This document shows positions 19,539 through 27,716 of a stretch of DNA of 64,000 nucleotides, piece by piece (position 1 is the stretch's first letter; the number at the start of each line of letters is the position of its first letter). Origin of the DNA: a bacterium (GTDB lineage Bacteria; CLD3; SB21); NCBI GenBank assembly GCA_013360215.1, contig JABWCP010000010.1, forward strand, positions 1 to 64,000, written 5' to 3'. The notes below the pieces were generated by a model. It did not search any database. It was not told the DNA's origin and saw only the letters and a program-made list of their open reading frames with translations. The translations under genes and the position numbers were made by a program.

Positions 19539-19560
19539 AGTGTAGTTTTTTCACTACACT
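19539..19560. promoter_or_regulatory. Perfect 8-bp inverted repeat, candidate enhancer (UAS) for a sigma54 activator
   Basis: AGTGTAGT-TTTTTC-ACTACACT (TGT-N12-ACA core), about 95-115 bp upstream of the sigma54 motif. Confidence 0.55.
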
Positions 19561-19630
19561 TCAAAATCAGAAACCTGAAAATTCAATCCGTATTCCGATA
19601 CGTTATATGTGCGCTCCGTCACATCATAGA

Positions 19631-20104
19631 TCAAATACGAATGGCTCTTTCTAAACTCGGTTCTAACGAAATAAAAGTCTCAGTACGCTCAACGCCTTCG
19701 ATAGTCTGAATTTTATCGTTTAGTACATCTCTGAGATGACGCGTGTCCCGGCAATAGAGTTTGGCCAAAATATTATAATTACCTGTCGTGTAGTGGAGTT
19801 CGGTTATTTCCGGAATAGCCTCAAGCTGCTTCACCACTTTTTTATACAACGAGCCTTTTTCAAGAAAAATTCCGAGAAACGCGCACAGATCATAGCCCAA
19901 CATGGACGGGTCAACACGCAGCTTAGACCCTATCACAACACCGGCTGCTTCCAATTTTCGCATTCGAACGTGTACTGTCCCGGAAGAAGTGTGAACTTTT
20001 TCAGCAATTTCTGTGTAGGGCATCTGGGCATTTTCCATCAAAAGATTTAATATCTTTCGATCCAGTTCATCAAAATCGGTAATTTTAGTGGTCTTTTCGT
20101 GCAT
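19631..20104 (-). CDS. asnC: Lrp/AsnC family transcriptional regulator, AsnC clade
   Basis: DELDRKIL..LMENA..PY.EIA....S.GTVHVR..KL, LGYD.CAFLGIFL, L..IPE..E.HYTTGNY, DKIQTIEGVERTETFISL. This matches E. coli AsnC hallmarks (HVR, YTTG, KIQTI, TET.I). Confidence 0.9.
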   Translation of the reverse strand: MHEKTTKITDFDELDRKILNLLMENAQMPYTEIAEKVHTSSGTVHVRMRKLEAAGVVIGSKLRVDPSMLGYDLCAFLGIFLEKGSLYKKVVKQLEAIPEITELHYTTGNYNILAKLYCRDTRHLRDVLNDKIQTIEGVERTETFISLEPSLERAIRI

Positions 20105-20242
20105 AATTTTACAAAAAATTAAACAAAATAATTAATTTTATACAATATATGTAATAATATTCAAATTTCAATATATTATTTGTAATAATAAATAACTTGT
20201 ATTATATTATTTACGATAATAATAGATTATTTTTGTACTTTT

Positions 20243-20248
20243 TATAAT
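20243..20248 (+). promoter_or_regulatory. -10 box (TATAAT) for the tRNA-like RNA, within an extremely AT-rich asnC-divergent region
   Basis: Perfect TATAAT 8 nt before the 5' acceptor strand. No good -35 at 17 nt spacing, consistent with activator dependence. Confidence 0.55.
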
Positions 20249-20256
20249 TCAACTAT

Positions 20257-20371
20257 TGTAGGGTGATGAAACAGGCAGCCATACCGTCCGGTCTCGACGG
20301 TGGAGAATTTGGGATAAATTCCGATTACCGGGACTAACTACTCCGTGGAGGTTCGACTCCTTCCCCTACAG
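20257..20371 (+). ncRNA. Non-canonical tRNA-like RNA (GUC anticodon, 46-nt branched variable region)
   Basis: Acceptor TGTAGGG/CCCTACA plus G73; U8-G9; D arm ATG-AAACAGGCAGC-CAT; anticodon stem CCGTC/GACGG with loop CGGTCTC; variable region closed by GGAG/CTCC; T arm GGAGG-TTCGACT-CCTTC. No encoded CCA. Confidence 0.85.
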
Positions 20372-20384
20372 CTCGTACACCACC

Positions 20385-20429
20385 ATAATAAAAAACTGTT
20401 CCGCCGGTCACGGAACAGTTTTTTATTAT
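20385..20429. terminator. Bidirectional intrinsic terminator
   Basis: ATAATAAAAAACTGTTCCG-CCGGTCA-CGGAACAGTTTTTTATTAT, between the tRNA-like RNA and the convergent gene. Confidence 0.85.
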
Positions 20430-20451
20430 TAACTTTTGGGGTTAATTAGAA

Positions 20452-21060
20452 TTAAAAAACAAGTTGTGCATGAAGAGCCAGAGTGCGTGATTTAGGGTCA
20501 TACGAGGGACTCGCTGATAATTCAAATTTTTTGTTATAATCATGGACAGATTGTGGTAAAGTAAAAATGCTATACAAAGCTCCGATCGTATAAATAATGA
20601 ACCCGCCTGTTATTTTTGCGCCGCCGTCACCTCGACTGTCATTACCTTCGTCATCAAACCAATCATCTTGAAGCGCATCCGCAACACCACTATAAAACAA
20701 AGCAGTACCAGCGGTGCGAATACCAACACCTAGAAGACCGCGCCCAAAATCTTGTGCATAAAAATTACCCATCGAAGGTCCAATTAAAAAACCGTAGCCC
20801 ACTGCAAAGCTTCCGGCCGTCTCATACGTGTCTAATTTGTTAAGTATGTATCCTCCGGCAACAACAGGTAATACGGTATGTCCGGCGCTCTATAAAAAAG
20901 CTTCTGTAGCATTTTTTTTGGAATGAAGCGATGTTTTTCTATTCATTTGTGGATACGAAGCATTCAATCCGCGTTTAATAATCACACTACGTGATGAATC
21001 TGCTGGCATAGCCCAAAGATTTAAGCCGAAAAAATAGCTGATAAAAACGATGATTTTCAT
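20452..21060 (-). pseudogene. Exported/membrane protein gene (202 codons) interrupted by one in-frame TAG at 20890-20892
   Basis: GGAG SD and ATG at 21060, signal peptide MKIIVFISYFFGLNLWA. The frame continues ...KKNATEAFL*SAGHTVLPVVAGG... into the track ORF 20452-20802. Confidence 0.75.
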
Positions 21061-21222
21061 GTTAATAATTCTCCGATAAAGAGTTTAAATGCGTCTGATT
21101 TGTGTAAGACAAACCCTATGCCGAAAAATCGATTAAATAAAACAAGGAGGGAGATGGAAAATAATTTTACAATCGAGTAAAACTGTATCTAGTATTCACA
21201 GACGCAATAAAAAGATGGCACG

Positions 21223-22215
21223 TTAGCCGATACGATAAACAGTAACACTTCTTTCGTCGGCGTCGGTAATGGTCAGGAGTTTATTATCTTTGGAGAGTTC
21301 AAGCGACCGTACCATATGAAAGCGTGTTGCCAAATCAAGTCGGACTTCACCCGTTGCAAGCTCGATCATTTTAACGTTACCATTTCCTGCTATAAGCACA
21401 TAATTAGAATCTGCGCTGAATATCCCCGCGGGCTCTCCGAATATAATTCTTTGCCCATAATATTTTTCTTCATTGCTCCAGCGATCGTAAACGCGAACCG
21501 CTCCGTTATAAATTTGCGCTAGATAACGTCCATTGGGGCTGAGTTTTATTTTATCAGGACGCTTTGCAAGCAACGTATCTACGATCCGACCGGTTTTAAT
21601 TTCCGTTATGGTAATTTTCTTTTGATCATGATGATACATCGCGATGAGATGCGGCGTAATATCCATAGTCCACAAAGGACGTTCTTCCGGCGCATTGAGT
21701 TTTGCAAACTGTTGTCTGTACGGCCAGGATTGGACAATCAGCGCCCAATCGTCACCTTCCGTTTGCGTTTTTGCCTTTGCAAAACCTTGCGATGAAGGAA
21801 GTACTATAGAAAGCGAATCCGCATTTTCTTCTTTGTACAAAACTTCCCAGGTCTTAGTATCCCAGATTTCACGCCCCGCTGATGTTTCCAATGCGATATG
21901 ATGACCATCGGCAGCATAACATACACGACGCAATCCGCTATCCATATTCATTTTGGTTTCGATACGCCACGAAATCGTATTGTACACCACCAGCGACGAA
22001 TCGTCATACACAAGGACATAGTCTCCGTCCGGGCTGATCACCGAACGTACCGGCAGATCGGATAATGTTATCGTCTGCGCGGGTATAGCATTTAACAATG
22101 GAGTCTCTGGCCAAAACGATTCCATCAAATATCCGTATAGCGGGGCTAGAAAAAATAAAAATAAAAAAACACCACCTACCGTGAGCCCAAGCATTCTGCG
22201 CATCGAATGAGTCAT
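21223..22215 (-). CDS. Membrane-anchored WD40/YVTN-like beta-propeller protein
   Basis: N-terminal TM; repeats such as ISPDGDYV, YAADGHHI, LSPNGRYL, FSADSNYV, LSKDNKLL. Confidence 0.75.
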   Translation of the reverse strand: MTHSMRRMLGLTVGGVFLFLFFLAPLYGYLMESFWPETPLLNAIPAQTITLSDLPVRSVISPDGDYVLVYDDSSLVVYNTISWRIETKMNMDSGLRRVCYAADGHHIALETSAGREIWDTKTWEVLYKEENADSLSIVLPSSQGFAKAKTQTEGDDWALIVQSWPYRQQFAKLNAPEERPLWTMDITPHLIAMYHHDQKKITITEIKTGRIVDTLLAKRPDKIKLSPNGRYLAQIYNGAVRVYDRWSNEEKYYGQRIIFGEPAGIFSADSNYVLIAGNGNVKMIELATGEVRLDLATRFHMVRSLELSKDNKLLTITDADERSVTVYRIG

Positions 22216-22275
22216 AAGAATAACATTATATGAAGTTTTTTTGTACGGCGTGCCGCATGTGCGGACGTTGCGTTT

Positions 22276-23190
22276 TTAATACACTTTTATTTTCATACAA
22301 AATACCGAACCGCCGGATTTTATAAATTCCGAAGTATCTACACCGATAACTCTTTTGCCCAGCTTTTCCAATGCATGTATCGTTTCCACACACGTGCCCT
22401 GAATAAATACAATTTCTCCGTCCGGTGAAAATGCATTGCATGCAAAATTAGGCGCATATGCTTCTTCTTTACTCACGTCAATAATAGTTTTAAAGAATAG
22501 CCGCAGGATGGCCATGCCATGATCACCGACACCGGGCGGATAAACGAGGCATACATCTTTATCTATGATCGCCAATGTTGTATTGAGATGATAAAAATCC
22601 GGATGTTTCAACTCGATCCCAACCACCGGCCCATCGGTAATACGCGCCACTTGCTCCAACGCCAGCAAATCGGTGCGGTGATGCGTTGTACTTCCAAAGC
22701 CTGAAATGATCAGATGTTTTTCGGGAAACCACAACGCGTCACCGTTGGACTCGAAACAGCCGCCTTTCAATTCGTGAATCATGTAGCCTTGTTTGCGATA
22801 CCATGATTGGAAGTACGGCACTTCCCCTTTGCGCTTATCTTTACGCATATTACTCATGATCACCGCGGGTTTTTCCTGATGGCGATCCCAAAAAGGAAAA
22901 CTTTGATTGGCCGAAAAAACCATATCCTCAAGCCCTACTTCACCGCGTATTGTATGTACACGATACCCAAGAGCTTCGTATAAAAAACGAATATTGGTCC
23001 ACTGCTGAAACGCGAGCGGGCGATCCACCTGATTCATTTGACCGGCGGTATCGGTCATAAAATTATTAATCGCTTCGGTCACATTAAAATGGTCAGGGGA
23101 GCACATCAAAAGTTTTTCAGGTTCCGGACGTTCCGGAATATCGGCAAGACGGAAATCAATAGACTCCGCGTTGGTATATACTTTGTTCAT
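22276..23190 (-). CDS. Pentein/amidinotransferase superfamily hydrolase (arginine dihydrolase/DDAH/CtlX-like)
   Basis: LLMCSPDHF.V...IN.FM, DMVFSAN, FE..GDA, FYHLNT, FACNA, EFIKSGGSVFCM with the C-terminal catalytic Cys. Confidence 0.88.
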   Translation of the reverse strand: MNKVYTNAESIDFRLADIPERPEPEKLLMCSPDHFNVTEAINNFMTDTAGQMNQVDRPLAFQQWTNIRFLYEALGYRVHTIRGEVGLEDMVFSANQSFPFWDRHQEKPAVIMSNMRKDKRKGEVPYFQSWYRKQGYMIHELKGGCFESNGDALWFPEKHLIISGFGSTTHHRTDLLALEQVARITDGPVVGIELKHPDFYHLNTTLAIIDKDVCLVYPPGVGDHGMAILRLFFKTIIDVSKEEAYAPNFACNAFSPDGEIVFIQGTCVETIHALEKLGKRVIGVDTSEFIKSGGSVFCMKIKVY

Positions 23191-23246
23191 ATCATCAAAA
23201 CTAGTTTAGTTGTAGATAAGATCATAGATCATCCGTAAGTCCCACG

Positions 23247-23588
23247 TTATTCGATATTTTCACTTTTCATCATTGCCAACCCGAGCTCACGTAGTGCTTC
23301 GATAATTGGAACAACCGTGCGGCCTTTATTCGTAAGGCTGTATTCGACGCGTGGCGGCACCTCGGGAAACACTTCGCGACAAATTAAACCATCAGCTTCC
23401 ATTTCATCCAGTTGTTCACTCAGCATTTTGTGGGTTATTTTTTTTAAATCACGTTTTAACTCGCCGTAGCGCCATACGCGGTCTTTGAGACGCCAAAGAA
23501 TCGGAATCTTCCATTTTCCGCCGATTTTCCCAAGCGCAAATTCTACCGGATTATTATACCGTTTCCCGTTGGCTGTAAATTCGGGCAT
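23247..23588 (-). CDS. HxlR-family winged-helix regulator
   Basis: IGGKWKIPILW.L, RYGEL, ITHKMLSEQL, FPEVPPRVEYSLT. Start set at ATG 23588. Confidence 0.92.
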   Translation of the reverse strand: MPEFTANGKRYNNPVEFALGKIGGKWKIPILWRLKDRVWRYGELKRDLKKITHKMLSEQLDEMEADGLICREVFPEVPPRVEYSLTNKGRTVVPIIEALRELGLAMMKSENIE

Positions 23589-23626
23589 GATTTTTTTTGG
23601 ATACGTAAGTAAAACAATAACACCAA

Positions 23627-23665
23627 TACTCACTCAAAAGTGCGTATCACACCCAAAGGTGCGTT
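23627..23665. promoter_or_regulatory. Tandem imperfect palindromes, candidate HxlR operators, abutting a sigma70-like promoter
   Basis: TACTCAC-TCAAAA-GTGCGTA and TCACAC-CCAAAG-GTGCGT, followed by TTGACG (23667)-16 nt-TATATT (23689). Confidence 0.55.
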
Positions 23666-23727
23666 CTTGACGAACGAAAGTTAGCTATTATATTTATCGA
23701 GTACAAAACATTTTTATAGTCAACAAA

Positions 23728-24534
23728 ATGCACGAGGAGTCTATAATGAGAGTATTTTGGATCGCCGTATTGATCAATACCGTTTGTGTTTTCGGTCAGC
23801 ATGATCCCAACACATCGTCACCTAAAAAACGCATACTAATGGTCGCGGCAAATTCTTCGGTATCGGCACAAACCGGATGGCCGATCGGCGTGTGGGCGGC
23901 CGAGATCACGCATCCGTACTTAGCTTTCATCGAAGCCGGTTACGAAGTTGAAATCGTCAGCCCTAACGGCGGTAAAATTGAATTTGACAATTACAGTGAT
24001 CCGCGCGATCCGAGCGGCTATTCGGCGCACGATATGATCAGCATGGGTTTTATTCATACGCCATCGCGCATGGTCCTGTTAGAAAAAACCCGTCGTTTGG
24101 ATGAAATAAATGAAAAAAACTACGATGCGATCTTCGTATGCGGCGGCCAATCACCCATGTATACATTTATAGACAACACTAAACTGCATACTCTGTTTGC
24201 CAAATTTTACGAATCCGGTAAACCGTCGGCGGCAATATGCCACGGTACGTGCATCTTACTTAAGGCTAAATTAAGCAACGGTCAATATCTGGTCGAAGAA
24301 AAAACATGGACCGGGTTTGCAAACAGCGAAGAAGATTTTGCCGACAAAGCGGTGGGTAAAAAAATTCAACCATTTCGTATTGAAAGCGAGGCCGGAAAAA
24401 TGAATAACACCAATTTTATCACTCACAATGCGTTCCTCCCTTTTGCCATTCGCGACGGGCATCTTATCACCGGCCAGCAACAAAACAGCGGCACGGAAGC
24501 TGCAAAATTAGTCATCGAAATGCTTGGCCACTAA
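23728..24534 (+). CDS. DJ-1/PfpI (type 1 glutamine amidotransferase-like) protein, possibly exported
   Basis: TGWPIGVWAAEITHPY, SPNGG, YDAIFVCGG, AAICHG nucleophile elbow, LITGQQ. Confidence 0.9.
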   Translation: MHEESIMRVFWIAVLINTVCVFGQHDPNTSSPKKRILMVAANSSVSAQTGWPIGVWAAEITHPYLAFIEAGYEVEIVSPNGGKIEFDNYSDPRDPSGYSAHDMISMGFIHTPSRMVLLEKTRRLDEINEKNYDAIFVCGGQSPMYTFIDNTKLHTLFAKFYESGKPSAAICHGTCILLKAKLSNGQYLVEEKTWTGFANSEEDFADKAVGKKIQPFRIESEAGKMNNTNFITHNAFLPFAIRDGHLITGQQQNSGTEAAKLVIEMLGH

Positions 24535-24550
24535 TACCTGTGAGTACATT

Positions 24551-25150
24551 ATGTTATTTTCCAAAACACGAACCGAAGCCCTCAGTGACGGCGTTTTTGC
24601 TATCGTCATTACATTGCTCGTACTTGAAATCAAAGTGCCGGATATGCATGCATCCGGTCAATCGCTAACCCATGCGTTAGTCGGCCTGCTACCCAAAATT
24701 ATCAGTTGGGTTATTAGTTTTGCCGTGGTGATGATTTTCTGGATCAATCATCACCGGTTATTTCACAGTCTTACATCGGTCGATGCACGTTGCATGGGTC
24801 TTAACGGAATTTTTCTGATGGGATTATCTTTTATTCCATTTCCGACCGCGCTGATGGGCGAATACATTCATGAGGCATTAGCCGTCAGTCTTTTTGGATG
24901 GATCATGGCGCTTACAGCCGGAGTATTGCCTATTCTTCGAAGTTATGCATCCAAAGCAGACCTGTTTGATCCAATGCACGATAAACAAACCATTAAGACA
25001 TATAACCGGCGTTCATATATACTTGGCAGCGGAGCTTATGCCGTCGCGGCCTTGCTTGCCTGGATAGAACCTATTATCGCGATTGTTTTATACGCCGTGA
25101 TTGCGATGTATTTTATTCGCCCCAAACATCGCCATTTAAAACAAGTATGA
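24551..25150 (+). CDS. TMEM175-family potassium channel
   Basis: RTEALSDGVFAIVITLLVLEI, SF.....FW..HH.LF, SFIPFPT. Confidence 0.9.
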   Translation: MLFSKTRTEALSDGVFAIVITLLVLEIKVPDMHASGQSLTHALVGLLPKIISWVISFAVVMIFWINHHRLFHSLTSVDARCMGLNGIFLMGLSFIPFPTALMGEYIHEALAVSLFGWIMALTAGVLPILRSYASKADLFDPMHDKQTIKTYNRRSYILGSGAYAVAALLAWIEPIIAIVLYAVIAMYFIRPKHRHLKQV

Positions 25151-25219
25151 TTTGCGTTGCACGTAATAGGCGACGATCCGTATACTATGCCAACTTAGAT
25201 CAAACAAGGAGAAATAGTT

Positions 25220-25639
25220 ATGCCGTTGATTAAACGTTCAGCACAAGCCCATTGGGCAGGCACAGGCAAAGAAGGTAAAGGCGATCTGTCCACGCAAAGC
25301 ACCGTACTGAATAAAACACAATATTCGTTTGGGACGCGCTTTGAAAACGGCGTTGGCACCAATCCGGAAGAATTGATCGGCGCGGCGCATGCGGGTTGTT
25401 TTACGATGAAGCTAAGTTTTGTATTAAACGCTATGGGATTAACTGCCGAAGCCCTCGACACTAAAGCTACCGTTTCTTTTGAGGACGGTGTGGTAACGCA
25501 GGTACATCTTGATCTTACCGGTAAAGTGCCCGGCTGCACAGCGGAAAAGTTTCAAGAAGCCGCCAATGATGCAAAAGCCAACTGCCCGATATCCAAATTA
25601 CTGAATACCAAAATCACTTTGGATGCAAAATTGGTTTAA
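25220..25639 (+). CDS. osmC: OsmC peroxiredoxin
   Basis: W.GTGKEGKG, YSF.TRFE.G.GTNPEELIGAAHAGCF, AK.NCPISK. Confidence 0.95.
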   Translation: MPLIKRSAQAHWAGTGKEGKGDLSTQSTVLNKTQYSFGTRFENGVGTNPEELIGAAHAGCFTMKLSFVLNAMGLTAEALDTKATVSFEDGVVTQVHLDLTGKVPGCTAEKFQEAANDAKANCPISKLLNTKITLDAKLV

Positions 25640-25660
25640 CTCGAAACAATATGAATGTAT

Positions 25661-25687
25661 AAAACCACGCTTCGGCGTGGTTTTTTT
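25661..25687. terminator. Bidirectional intrinsic terminator
   Basis: AAAACCACGC-TTCG-GCGTGGTTTTTTT. Confidence 0.9.
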
Positions 25688-26438
25688 ATTTGCCCATCCA
25701 GTTTTTAAAATCGGCCGCGTTTTCCTGGCTCACGATAATATCCTCCGATGTACCAGGCTGCAATTCAACTTTGATTTTTCCTTTTTCGTACGGCTTAAAC
25801 CGAACTATCGCCGAAATACGTGCAATATACTTTCGATTGAGTCTGAAAAAGGTTTGTTTATCCAAAGCCGCTTCCAAGTCTGCCAACGGTTTATCAACGA
25901 TAAATTTTTTACCACGAACGTCAACCAAAAAAACCATTTTATGTGCGGTGAAAAAATAAGCTACATCATTTATAGGTACCGCGATAAAATCCGTTCCTTT
26001 CTGAACGACGATGCGTTGCAAGGAAGGCTCGGAAGAGCGACTCATCTGTGCCAGTAGATCGGAGAGACTGCCGGTGAAATGTTGCCGAAGCCGCACGTAT
26101 TTATCAAGCGCGTGAAACAGTTTCGGTTTTTGTATCGGTTTGAGAAGATAATCTATAGAGTTAAATTCGAATGCTTTGATCAAATATTCATCAAATGCCG
26201 TTGTAAAAATGATCGGCGCATGGATCGCCGTATCCTTGAAAATTTCCAGCGATAATCCGTCATTGAGCTGAATATCCGCCAATATCACGTCGGGTGCGTT
26301 ATGTTTTGCAAACCAACCCCGTGCTTCTTTTACACTGTAGAGTGTCGCTACGATACGAATCGCCGGATCGTAATCATGCACCATCGCTACCAACCGTTCA
26401 CCCGCAGGTTTTTCGTCTTCGATAATCAGTACATTCAT
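25686..26438 (-). CDS. LytTR-family response regulator
   Basis: IIEDE, ADIQL.DG, FTTAFDEY, DYLLKP, FFRLNRKYI. Confidence 0.95.
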   Translation of the reverse strand: MNVLIIEDEKPAGERLVAMVHDYDPAIRIVATLYSVKEARGWFAKHNAPDVILADIQLNDGLSLEIFKDTAIHAPIIFTTAFDEYLIKAFEFNSIDYLLKPIQKPKLFHALDKYVRLRQHFTGSLSDLLAQMSRSSEPSLQRIVVQKGTDFIAVPINDVAYFFTAHKMVFLVDVRGKKFIVDKPLADLEAALDKQTFFRLNRKYIARISAIVRFKPYEKGKIKVELQPGTSEDIIVSQENAADFKNWMGK

Positions 26439-26452
26439 ATAACATGGATCGT

Positions 26453-27523
26453 TTAGTACGGCACTGCATGTGCACCGGTCATCAGTACAGGCAGGTGAAC
26501 CGTGAAATTTTCGATGCTTTCTTCAATATAGATCGTTTGTCCGATGATCAATTTGTAACGTTCATTAAGATTTTCAAGCCCGGTGCGCGACGAATTTTTG
26601 ACCTGAACTTTTTTTCTTATCGGATTGTTCACTACGACCGCTTGGTCGGATACCCGAATCGTGATAGCCATCGGGTGCTGATCGGAAAACGTGTTATGTT
26701 TGATCGCATTCTCCAATAGAATTTGAAGTGATATCGGCGGAATCAGCACATTATCCGGAGAAACACTATCCTCCGCAATATACAAACCGATACTTTCACC
26801 AAAACGAATCTTCAGTAGCGAAAAATATTTTTCAGCAAAAGAGAGCTCCTCACTGAGTAAGACCAAATTACGATTGCGGTTATATAAAATATAACGAAAA
26901 ACCTCCGCAAGGTTGTCGTTAAACATACGCGCTTTGGGCGGATCCTGTTCGATCAGGTGCGAAAGCGTATTAAGCGAATTGAACATGAAATGCGGATCAA
27001 TCTGATTTTTCAATGCTTCTAATTCCGCCTGTGCTTTGGCCTTTTCAAGCGCCTCACTTTTGGTTTTATCAGTTTCCCATGATTTGATAAGAAAGACGGT
27101 TTCATATGTATGCGTTATAAATACCACACACACCACGCATAGCGCTGTCGCTTTGAAAATCACGTCCCAATCCGCACTGCGGTGCTGCGCAAAAACATAC
27201 CAAGCCGTCATCAGTCCGACTGCAATCGGTACGGTATAAAACATATTGGAAACCATCAATGCGAGCACTTTATACATCGGCTGACTGAGCCATGAAAACC
27301 GAATGCGTAAACGAAATAACAAATACCGATTACCATGCCAAATCGCAAACGCGATAAACATAAAATAGAGATAGTGCAAAACGAGTTGATTAACGGTAAA
27401 GACGCTATTATCTATCATGCCTGTGATATTGGGAATCACTATGCCGAAAAAAGGAATCATAATCACACGTATTGTGCGATCATTCAATTCCTGATCAATA
27501 TTTTCCTCGTTTAGCGGCTCCAT
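26453..27523 (-). CDS. LytS-family sensor histidine kinase
   Basis: LKNQIDPHFMFNSLNTL, LQILLENAIKHN, GLENL.ERY. Confidence 0.93.
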   Translation of the reverse strand: MEPLNEENIDQELNDRTIRVIMIPFFGIVIPNITGMIDNSVFTVNQLVLHYLYFMFIAFAIWHGNRYLLFRLRIRFSWLSQPMYKVLALMVSNMFYTVPIAVGLMTAWYVFAQHRSADWDVIFKATALCVVCVVFITHTYETVFLIKSWETDKTKSEALEKAKAQAELEALKNQIDPHFMFNSLNTLSHLIEQDPPKARMFNDNLAEVFRYILYNRNRNLVLLSEELSFAEKYFSLLKIRFGESIGLYIAEDSVSPDNVLIPPISLQILLENAIKHNTFSDQHPMAITIRVSDQAVVVNNPIRKKVQVKNSSRTGLENLNERYKLIIGQTIYIEESIENFTVHLPVLMTGAHAVPY

Positions 27524-27569
27524 GATTTGCTAATCTACATACTATTCATGCTTTGTGCAAAAATTTCAC

Positions 27570-27622
27570 TCCGATTCAGCATCGTATTTTCCGGTTTCAG
27601 TTCGCGTTTTTTCGGTTTGAGT
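27570..27622 (+). promoter_or_regulatory. Three LytTR-type direct repeats
   Basis: TCCGATTCAGC (27570), CCGGTTTCAGT (27591) and TCGGTTTGAGT (27612), period 21 bp. Confidence 0.7.
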
Positions 27623-27716
27623 AGAATAACCTTTGCAGTGCTTCCATATTGCGTTTAACTTGCGATCGTATTTAAAAAAGTACCCGCATTTTTTTATTCA
27701 AACGGAGGAATGATGT

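Noticed and set aside
20257-20371. Calling the RNA an ordinary tRNA-Asp, tRNA-Sec/Pyl, or an amber suppressor for the neighbouring TAG
   Set aside because: The anticodon is GUC, not CUA or UCA. G33, U37 and the 46-nt branched variable region do not fit a standard tRNA-Asp.
20257-20371. tmRNA or T-box leader
   Set aside because: It has full D and anticodon arms and no tag ORF, is far too short for tmRNA, lacks a T-box motif, and has no downstream co-oriented gene.
20890-20892. Genome-wide TAG reassignment
   Set aside because: TAG terminates ftsQ, murF and rsmH at the expected positions, and no other internal TAG was seen in conserved genes.
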